Assembly (NCBI GenBank): GCA_905178155.1
Contig: CAJINV010000011.1
Coordinates: forward strand, 2,375,331-2,439,330
Direction: 5' to 3'
DNA length: 64,000 nt
Origin: Amoebophrya sp. A120
Lineage: Eukaryota; Protista; Dinoflagellata
Shown one piece after another: positions 1 to 9,600 of the stretch; position 1 is the first letter of the stretch; each line of letters starts with the position of its first letter. Under the pieces are notes generated by a model. That model worked only from the letters and a program-made list of their open reading frames with translations, was not told the DNA's origin and did no database searches. The translations under genes were made by a program, and so were the position numbers.

Positions 1-2176
1 CGCTTTTCTGCACCAGCAGTCCACTGCGGTGTTATGGCGGGAGGAAAGAATATCGCAAGAAAAAACTGTTTCACTGTAAACTTGTGATCCATAGAACGGA
101 ATGCAAATGTGTTTGTGTTACTACACATGCAAGACATTGGATTTTTTTTTTAGCTGTGTTTTCCCTCAGGAAGCACGCATGCCAAGATTTCTTTGTCATT
201 TGTAACAAACTTGTGATGCAGATCTTGCAAAATCATCACAGTGAAACAGTTTTTTCAAGGGATAAAGAACGCCACTGTGCCCCCTGCGCGGTTCTCTGCG
301 CCCGTTTCTGTTGGGCAACCTCTCCAGTAGGATGACGGACTTGTGTATCCAAGAAGATTTTTGTGCGTGTAACTTATATTTTTGGAGGCATTTTTAGGTA
401 TTTTTACAGCACAAGCAGCATTACAAATGCAAATCTGTCTGGCATGATGAGAACAAAAACCTGTCATGCGCAGATGATGCGTGAAAATATAAATAATGCG
501 GCTCAGTCGTGGACGACCTCAGAATGGCAAGGCATATGTACAGCATGACAAATGATTATCATCTTGCATGTTGCGCATCACTTAGTTACGCCAACAATGT
601 TTTTTTCTTGCATACTGTGGGCAGCCAAAATATGGCGTTCTCAAACGTTACATTCTCAACTGTTACATGCACTTGCAATGCAAGAAAAGCAAAAGTGAAA
701 GTGGCAACGTGGCAGCTTTCGCATCACAGATTATGATGCTGTTTAGCCTTTCGAAAATTTGTCATGCTAAGCACCTTGATCAAGTGGAGGCTGATGGCAA
801 TTTTGCATGACAAATTCATGTAACACGACTTGAGAATGTAACAGTTGAGAACGCCATACAAAAGGGGGGAGATGTGGAAGAACCGCAAACGAGTGGACCG
901 CAGTCTCGCGAAGGTATGAGAGTGGTTCACAACTCCCCCTCCCCTCATTTGTCATGCAAAAACGCAGTTCCACTTCCAGGCACTGCCTCTCATCGCTACC
1001 TTGCATGACAGACTTGGGAATTATTCAAACAGTACTTATAAACCGCACGCATATTCGTCATGCGGAAGCTACATTTATTCTGACCTTCTGTCTATTGTTG
1101 TTCTTGCCTTGTTCAAATGAGGGTGACTCAGGGGGAGTTCTTGTGCTGCACTCTCATAGTCGGGGTTCAAACACGAGAAGCCACCGCCTCCCTGGATTTT
1201 CGAAGTCACAGCACCACAAACGTTGCCTTACCCGGGTGACGCCGACGAGTGCGAGGAATGGGAACGCATCCAGGCCAAGCTGCTAGACGAGTTGCGCCGC
1301 GTGCATATTGATCCGCACGATAAAAATGTTATCCCAAGAAAATAAAACTTTGTAGCGTGGAACTTTGATGATGCAACTGAACTGTAATAAGTATGCAACT
1401 ATGCAGATCGACATCATGCAGAGTGAAGATGAACATGAACACCCACAGCCACACTTATGAAAATATGCGTGGAGTATGCTAGTGCGCTTCCATAATTTTC
1501 GTGGACTAGTAGTACACCCAGGGCCAGGACATTGGGCACGTCAAAAACTTTCCTACTGCCGCGCCCGCTTCAATATTTCCATCGCGCGCTACTACTCAGT
1601 TTTTACGCACGACCACAAGGCTCTTATTCTGCAGGAGTCCTCTGCAAATATTTGGGATTCATCTCATCATGCTTATGTTTTCGTTTGCATTATGAGTGCC
1701 CGCGGCCACAGTTTTAAAAACATTTCCCTTGGATATTCCAGAAGAAGAGCCCCGACGCCGACGAAGAACAGCAGCAGAACACTGGCGAGGAGCAAGGTGT
1801 CGACCGGCCTCCCGTGGCAGCCAATGTCTTGCACGGGGCCAACCTCCCTGTCCCGGACCAGGCAACCGAAGCGAACGGCAGGCGGAGAGAAATGGTTCCT
1901 CTGGATGAAATATCCTGTGCAAAAGTATTGTACTGTAGTATTGCAATCATGCATTACAAATTTTTTTCTTAACGGGAAATCCGCAATACAAGTCTATTAA
2001 TTTCTCATGCTGAGGATATGCATTGATTTATACGAGTGCGATACGTTTGCACTGCATATGAAAGAAGGGTGGCACGTGCCGCGCCACCGTTGGACGAGGT
2101 CCTCGACCAAGATGAAATGAGTACAGACGCCGGCCGGGCAGGTTCGAGTACGGACGGGGAAGAACGGTACTGCTAG
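1..2176 (+). CDS. Partial multi-exon gene of unknown function, interrupted by at least five introner-like elements; 5' end outside the window, 3' end uncertain
   Basis: Removing elements 51-264, 346-614, 631-858 and 915-1158 gives one open frame (AFLHQQSTAVLWREERTPLCPLRGSLRPFLLGNLSSRMTDLWAAKRGEMWKNRKRVDRSLAK..GFKHEKPPPPWIFEVTAPQTLPYPGDADECEEWERIQAKLLDELRRVHIDPHDKN). It continues at ~1742 (KKSPDADEEQQQ...) and across element 1911-2058. No family recognised. Confidence 0.6.
51..264. mobile_element. Introner-like element (singleton), 214 bp
   Basis: TATCGCAAGAAAAAACTGTTTCACTGT...ACAGTGAAACAGTTTTTTCAAGGGATA; perfect DR AAGAA (46-50, 265-269). Confidence 0.88.
346..614. mobile_element. Introner-like element (diverged singleton), 269 bp
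   Basis: TATCCAAGAAG...TTCTTGCATA; DR TTGTG/CTGTG; interior rich in GCATGACAA/TGTCATGC; removal restores the frame. Confidence 0.75.
631..858. mobile_element. Introner-like element family D, 228 bp
   Basis: TATGGCGTTCTCAAACGTTACATTCTCAA...TTGAGAATGTAACAGTTGAGAACGCCATA; DR CAAAA; homologous to 40443-40678. Confidence 0.92.
915..1158. mobile_element. Introner-like element with diverged DR; also bounded by GT-AG (914-1159)
   Basis: TATGAGAGTG...CACTCTCATA TIR; flanks GAAGG/GTCGG; G+TAT and ATA+G give an in-frame GT-AG intron. Confidence 0.8.
1574..1735. mobile_element. Possible decayed introner-like element
   Basis: TAT...ATA ends and flanks TTCAA/TTCCA; removal joins VVHPGPGHWARQKLSYCRARF to KKSPD in frame. 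The TIR is not recognisable, and a single GT-AG intron 1328-1741 is an alternative reading. Confidence 0.4.
1911..2058. mobile_element. Introner-like element family C, 148 bp
   Basis: TATCCTGTGCAAAAGTATTGTACT...AGTGCGATACGTTTGCACTGCATA; DR TGAAA; similar to 28157, 29181, 40723. Confidence 0.88.
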
Positions 2177-4161
2177 ATAGTACAAAACCAGTGTTTATTA
2201 ATTTTTCAACAACAAGAACATCAACATTTAAGAAGGAGAGCCCAGTCCGTAGCTCCGAGAAGCATCGACCACTTATTTCTCTTGTCCTTCACGACCAAGT
2301 AGGAGCGCAGCAATGCTTTCATCTCAGGAGAGGAATTACTCGTAGGCATCATCATCTATCCATTTAACAACAGGCTCGCGACCTGGACCTCCACGACGCC
2401 GATCGAAGCCTTCCTTGACGAGGACGCCCACCACGAAGATCAACCCGCCTCTTGCCAGGATCAGGAAATAGTAAATGTATGATGCAATTCAATTTCTCTG
2501 AAAATGTTTTCTCGTATAGCAGTGCTTTAGCTTTTTTCTTCAATCTACACCGTAGGGGTTTTCATTTTATTTTTTTATTTTTTCATTATCTTTCCGTTCC
2601 CCCACCCTGTTGCTGTTCTATGCCACCCCCCGTCTGGTTGAAAATGGCGTTTTCTTCCAAAATTATTGGCCAAGCTGGGGCCGCGTCCTGGAAGATTATC
2701 AGCCAGTACCGTCGGGCCGGGCTACGTGCAGTAGCCTTGTAATAGTTCTCCTTTTTTGTGCCTCAATTTATTAGATATGAGTCCGGTTAGTCACCACGGT
2801 TCTAGTGTTGTAGTTGTCTCATCTGGATAAAAATGGCAGCGGTTCTTTCATCCGAGAAGAGCATGTTGATACTATGCTGTATGTAGTACTCTCTACGTGT
2901 TTCTATCGCTTGGGCTGGCCTGTACCGATCGAGACCTTTATTTCCTAGTGGCCATTTTATTTTCCTAGCGCTCGTCGTCGTCGCGTGATTTGCCGATGTC
3001 GACTAGAATGTACGCACTTATGGAAGTATATCGAAACCGAAAGAGGAAAACAATGATAAGGAGATAATGATGAATGAGAATACAAGTGAAATGCAGAACA
3101 CCTTCTACAGAGGGGCGGTCGTTGCGTGAGTGCTGTCATTGGATCGCAGGATCCTCGAGACACTCGCGCAGGAGCAGACGTTTTCGGCAACGTAGTTTGT
3201 TTCAGATATATTTATTTTGAAGAATCAACGGATACCGCACCAGTGTTTTTCTTTTTTTTTTTCGATTGTAGTAGAAACGATTCGCCTACACCTTTCATGA
3301 TCGCAAAAATACGTAAATGCATTTCAATTTCTTGTTTTTGTCCATTTTCAGACAATATGGAACTTTTTTCGAGAAGAAAATTTATCATTGCAACCTTTTT
3401 TTGATGCTCGGCAAGCATTAAAAATTTATCCTGCGTCGACCACTCCTTCAGCAACTGGTACGATTTTGAACGCCAAGTAGTGCCAGAAAATGGACGAGAC
3501 GTCGAACTTGCTTCGCTACTGAAGCTTTCGACTCAAGTTCTTGTTCTACTTTCTGGCTCACTATCATCAGATGTGAACGTCAGCTGCACTTTGTCTAGCC
3601 AAAGCCAAACAGTACTGTAGTCGTCGAATTATTCCAAATACATAGTTGGATCATTAAAAAACTCGCGTGCTGTTCGTTGCTGTGCTGACGGATGCAGGGC
3701 CGATTTGGTCCTCGGTGGTGTCATCCATATCACGCTTCGGCTGCTCTCGCGAGAACGACAACAAGACTGGAAGGCTTGACGAGCAGTGCAAGGACTCTAG
3801 GCTTGATGGGATTTGTGTAGTTTCTTAAGTTGCGCTCGCTATTATACTTACGAAGATTATTTCCACTGCCAAGAACCACGATTGTGCCAATTTAGCGGAA
3901 CATGAAATAGCGGCAATGGCAAAGAAGCAGATTGGAAATACAAATTACCCAAGCACCAACACACCACCACTTGTTTCTTTTGCTTTTTTGCAAAAAAGAA
4001 TGATTAATTAATAGTACTGTTGGGAAGCAAGATACAGATAGAGCTTTTGTTTATGTTTTCTGCAATATCTTGAGCTTTTTTTTTTCTCTTCCGGCCCAAT
4101 AGCGTTGTTTGTCGCTTATCTCAGGGTCGGGGGTTCCGCTTTTGTTTTGAAAGAGTGCTGG

Positions 4162-4407
4162 TATGGATTGCATATATGTCTGGGTCTGGAAACTTGTGAC
4201 GCTACGAAGGATATAGTGTGTGCGCACGCTGTAATCCGCTGCGAAGCATGAGAAGTTTTTCCGTGGTTCTGAGTTTGCGTTTTTGCATGAGCGGCAAGAG
4301 GCACTCTGCGCGGCTACGCAACACAGAGCTCAGAGTCATGCCAGACTCGCATGACAAACACAAATCTCGCAACCTCCCAGACCCAGACATTATATTTGCA
4401 GTGGATA
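4162..4407. mobile_element. Introner-like element family A outside any confident gene, 246 bp
   Basis: TATGGATTGCATATATGTCTGGGTCTGG...CCAGACCCAGACATTATATTTGCAGTGGATA; flanks GCTGG/AGTGG (3/5); interior resembles the reverse complement of 9040-9299. Confidence 0.8.
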
Positions 4408-4514
4408 AGTGGTTGCTTCCAAGAACGAAGTTTATTGGGACCATGTGCAGCTCGAGCTCCCACCGACTTCGCGTGAAAATAGCGGGGCACTTCAATGTAT
4501 GAGAGCTGGAGTTA

Positions 4515-5395
4515 GAGGTTGCGCAACAATTGGACCCCCTTTCGCCATGGCGAAAGGGGGGGTAGCGGCCCGCTGGAGACCACCCCCCCCCCCCTTTCGC
4601 CGGGGGCCGTGCGCAGTAACAAAAATTGCGGCGCGGCGCGCGTGCCCGCTGCGAGAGGGCCTTGAGTTGCGCCCTGTGTTCGTGCTGCGGGAATAGAAAA
4701 AAATTCGCGCTGCGCGCGCCCCCTGCCAATAGCCCGAGCAGGCTTATCCTGTTCGTTTTATTTGTTACCGCGCGCGCATAATGTGGCAAATTTTGCGGGG
4801 CGCGCTGCGCGCGCCCGTTGCCGCGACATTTGCATCATACTGCGTGCCTACTTCTGTATTCGCCGGACCTGAGGGAGCGCGCATGCCTCGCCCTCCCTCC
4901 GCCAGGGCCCGAGCCTTACAGCACAGGGCAAAAAAACTTCGGGCACGCCCGGCGTGCCCGCCGACTTGTCAAGCCCCCCCAAGCAGCACGGGGAGCCCGG
5001 GGTGAACACATGGGGGGCCCGCAATCACCCCGATGCGACTCCCTGCGCGGAATGCGAAAAAAAAAACAGCGCGGGCGCCCGCCCTCCTGGTCCCGCCCGT
5101 CGCCACATGTTACGGCGCGCCGGGTGCGGTGGAGCGCGCCCATAGATAGCACGCAAATGGCTTCGGCCTCGTTGCGTACGCCTGTGCGCCTACTGCCGAC
5201 CAGCCAACTGACTGCCCCATGCGAAGGCACCACACGAAGAAGGGCCGCCGGGCGTTCGATTGTCGTGAGGCGAGACCGCCGGGGGGCCCCTCCACCCTTG
5301 CGGCGGGGTGCCAGCTCCCGTCGTCCGGAATTAGACCAACCTACCCCCCCCCCCTTTCGCCTTGGCGAAAGGGGGTCCAATTGTTGCACAGCCTC
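4515..5395. mobile_element. Non-autonomous DNA transposon (MITE), PIF/Harbinger-like
   Basis: ~50-bp TIRs GAGG(T/C)TG(C/T)GCAACAATTGGACCCCCTTTCGCC..GGCGAAAGGGG..TAG at 4515-4565 and 5341-5395; TTA on both flanks (4512-4514, 5396-5398); GC-rich interior with no transposase. A TTA/TAA 3-bp target duplication is typical of PIF/Harbinger. Confidence 0.7.
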
Positions 5396-5398
5396 TTA

Positions 5399-5445
5399 GT
5401 CCAATTGTTGCACAGCCTCTTTAAGAGGCTGTGCAACAATTGGAC
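5399..5445. repeat. Perfect 23-bp-arm palindrome made of extra MITE ends
   Basis: GTCCAATTGTTGCACAGCCTCTT-T-AAGAGGCTGTGCAACAATTGGAC. Confidence 0.9.
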
Positions 5446-6675
5446 CCCCAACAATTAGACAATTGGACCCAAAATATATGTAAGAGTCTTACATTTATTT
5501 TGGGTAAATAAAGTATTCACATTGTGCCACTCGTTTTGGTGCAAATCCAATTTGAAAAGCTAGTATGCAAGCAGACTGACAAATGAAAACGTGAAAAATG
5601 CAGCAACCGAAGAAATGAATAACAATAAAGTGATGTATCTATGAGTCTGCTTCTCAACTTTCCATTTTTGCGGAGCCACTTGTTCTTGACTTGCGGAAGA
5701 CCAGGCAGAGCGTTGTTTTTCCTTCTCTCCCAGGCCGGCCAGAGCTTTTTTGCTCTGGAAGACGTGTCAGATACAGATCGCGATATCGCTGATCGCACAA
5801 GTAGAAGGAGTGCGCATCACGATCGTTGTCCCTCGCCAGGGCGCCGACGTTTATGCGTATCTTTCGTGTCGTGGAGGTGACCTGTAGCTGTGGTGGCAGC
5901 AGCATCCACCACTTTCGGTGCGGAATAAAATAGGAAGAGAAGATCATCTGCTTTGCTTGCTATCCCTTGCATGCAATGGAGAATATATTTCCTTTCCCAA
6001 TATTGTTAATATACGATTTGTGATCCATGATCATGAAGCTCCTCGTGTAGTACTTCTAGTCAGCCAGCCTGTGGTCGTGTGTGCCTTCGGCTGGGTGCAA
6101 GAAAATCAAAGCTTGGCAAATAACCGCTGCCCTCGGACGAGGCAGAGGCTGACCAAGAATTCCTGCGGGTTGGCGCTTTCTGGTGGGATAACAGATCACT
6201 ACAATGCGACTCTTAATATGTAGGGCCTCGTTCCGTGGTGAGCAGCAGACAAAAGCACCACAACAAGCCACGACAATAAAACCGTAATCTTTGTTTTTGA
6301 GAAACTACAGCTGCGGTACAGCTGTAGCGATTTTGATGACCGATCTCGGGATCTTCAAGACGAATTTTCACAGCTCAAAAAAGTCGAAGATCCCGCATTA
6401 TAGTAAGTATATTCACTTTAAGCCATACGACTTCTTCTTTTCTAGTAGCCAGAACAGAGCAGATGATGCGTCCAGAAATTTCACCCTCATTTTATTCATC
6501 AGTCAAGAACCATGAAATGTGGACACTGTTGTGACTTGTTTTACTTTTTGCTTTATGATAATGTTCATGTTGTCTCGCTAGTTATGCCGACTGTGTATAT
6601 TATATAATTATTTGACCAGAAGATAATTTTAACCGTATCCTCCTCCTCCTCCTATTCTTGAATATTTCGAAAAGC

Positions 6676-9600
6676 ATGCCGTCGTCAAAGCGGGACCGAA
6701 GACCGGCTGTTGGTCGTCCGGACACCAAGAAAAGAACGTACAGCGGTGAGGACCAAGCTGCAGTTCCCGCCGACGCAGAAGAGTCTTCGTGTTTACTTTT
6801 GGCCGGCGCGGCGGGGGCGTCGACGCCTCTGTATCATGGTCGTGCAGAACAAGCAAGAGAAATCACCGCATGGGAAGATGAGGATGAAAATGGAGCCAGC
6901 GAAGATGCCGTTTACGAGTTTGGGTCATCCTTACGATGCCATTTTCACATCCTTACGAGGCTGTGTCTGGGTTTTCTTTTTTTGCTCTTTGGCCTCATAG
7001 CAAAAGGACTGCTCTGCGCTTCATGGGCGCGACAGAAATCGCACACATCTGGTGGGGAGCATTTCGTGCAAAGTCCCCCTGCCCCCTTCCAAAAAAAGAA
7101 AGGCGTCGCCCGGTAGTAACTCGGCGAAAAAAATGGCACGGCTGCGGCAGTGGTCTGGCGAAATTTGTTGCAGCTACGCTTGGCGGCTTTTCGCAATATC
7201 AAGCGCCACAGTTACGGCGCGAAACGGGGCCGGCCCCGGGTCCGGCCGCCCATTATGGGCGACCGGCATCGCGGGATCCGTTTGTAAGTGGCTGCGTCTG
7301 GAAGCCGTGTATGAATGAAACGGAAAAATTGCGTAGAGAATACCATGCGGCACGCGCCTCGCACCGGGGGCACGGTGGGAGTTGGTTCGCCCAAATGGCG
7401 CGGTGTTCGGGACGGCCAAAGTGCCCGAATACGCTCGGGGAACGTGTTAAAAACGCAGTCAATTCCCTGGCCCGATTCTGCCTGCGGCCAGAAAAGTCGC
7501 GAGTTTTCCTGCTCAAAAGACTTTGAAAAGACTTTGAAAAAACTTTGGAAAGACTTTGGGAAAAGCGCCCAGAAGTGCGCGCTTTTTGAAAGCTTCGCCC
7601 GATGGTATGGCCAATTTTGGCCATGCAAAAACGGGAGCGCTTTTCAAAGTCTTTTCAAAGTCTTTTCGAAGTCTTTTCCAAAGTCTTTTCAAAGTCTTTT
7701 CGAAGTCTTTTGAGAGTCTCGTGTCTGACTTTGGCGAGGCGGCCGGACCTCAGACTTTGGCACGGGAAGTTGGGCCATACCGTCGGGATTCGGCCAGTCG
7801 GCCGGGTCCAAAAGAGACAAAGAAGGCCAATTTTGGCCATTTGTGTGCTGCCATGCCCCCGGGGCTGCGCGCGTGCCGCATGGTATTCTGGGCACCAAAT
7901 TCGCGGCGCCGCGAAGTTGGAAGGCGGCGCGGCGCATGTGGCACATGGGGGGCCGCAGCACCACCGGCGCTGCGCGCGTGCCGCCTGGGTATCTGGCCGC
8001 ATCTTTCCTAGCGCCGCCTCCGAAGCGGAAGCAGCTCGCGGCGCCGCAAAGGTGGGGGCATGTGACACACGGGGCGCCGTTGTGCCGCCGGCGCGGCATG
8101 CGTGCCGCATTACAATCTGGCAGCGTTTTTCCTTCTGCCTATGCCACGCCCCAAGTGGGCGCACTGCTTTAACGCGCCGCGCAGTCCTCTATTACAGCAA
8201 CAAATGGCGACGAAACTCCGCGCGCCCTTTCGCCCTCGCTGTGTTTTTTTCTTGATGTTGGAAAGGGCCGCGCCCAGCAACGCGCCGGGGGCGCAGCCTC
8301 TTACCTAGCGCGCCACCCGGGCAACGGGAAGCGCGGTGGGACAGCGACAGGGCATGGGGCAACCAAAAGAAGGGCGCCAGCGTGTCGCGCGCGGCCCGCA
8401 AACAAAAGTTTTATAATAGTTCTGCCCAAGTATTTCGGCCGGAGGAAACACCTGGGCGTCGTAGGTGTAAGGGAAGATGAGGATGAAGATGGAGCCAGCG
8501 AAGATGCCGTTTACGAGGCTTTGCTGGACCAACGCAGCAGAGGACATCATGCTGCAGCCGGCGCAATGGGAGCAGGCGGACATCTAAGGGGTAGCTCCTC
8601 CCAACAAGAGGATACACCAGCTGTCGTCGTGTCTGGTGGTGTTTTATTAAACAAGAAACGCACGCAGGACGAGTTCTACTTCCAGAGGAAACAAACCGTG
8701 GCTTGTTCATCAAGTACAGCCACACACAAAAACGCCGTTTGTTTCGCCCAATTACCTGGTGCCACGAGAGCAGCATGCGGCTCTACTACTTCACGGGATG
8801 AAGCAGCTCCATTTGCGGCGGGCGGATCATCGGAGATGAACATGCAAAATCTCAATGACACGACGGCGAAAAGAAGCCCATTGTGGGTGATGGTGCTGAT
8901 GGGAGGGCTGGTCTCTATGTGGCTGTCCACGATGTACGTGCTGCCGGCCCTGGAGGAGGAGATGAAGAGCTTCACTACGCCCGGCGACGAGGGGAAATCG
9001 ACGCGGAGCGCCATCGAGATGCTGTACCTGATCTCCTTTTATCAAATGCAAAAATGTCATCTGGGTCTGGAAGATTGCGAGTTTTGTCATGCTGATCTGG
9101 CATGGCCCTTAAATCTGTATTGCGTGGCCACAAACAGCCTCTCTCGCCTGTCATGCAAGAACGCAGTTTCTCATGCGGAATACGCCGCACAGAAGCACGA
9201 AGTGACTTGTCATGCTTGGCGGCGCATTACAGGAAGGGCATTTGTTATTGACTGACTTGCATCACAAGTTTCCAGACCCGGACATTTTTGCATTTGATAC
9301 CTTTCTCGGGATGGGGTTCGGCGTGCTCCCTGGATGGCTGGTAGACGTGCTCGGTCCCAGCCTTACCACGGCGATCTGCTCCCTCTACCTCGTGCTAGGA
9401 ATGGCCGGCGTCGGCTCCGGCCTCTTGATGCAGGTATCTAAGTACTTACTTATTCATTCTACAACTAGGCGGCCTCTCAAAGTACTAAATAAAAATGTAC
9501 ATGATGAATCATCGGGTGTCTACGCCGTGCCTTCTGTTTTCGATTTTTTTATGCGACCTCGCTCTTTATCTTTCTGGCGCACGACGTTTATGCTTTCCTC

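Noticed and set aside
1330-1510. Possible additional decayed introner (TATCCCAAGAAAAT...ATTTTCGTGGACTA)
   Set aside because: The right end lacks ATA and has no clear 5-bp DR; too degenerate to call.
7512-7714. Short repeat array as a possible CRISPR
   Set aside because: Contiguous 11-bp tandem units with no unique spacers, no cas genes, and a eukaryotic context.
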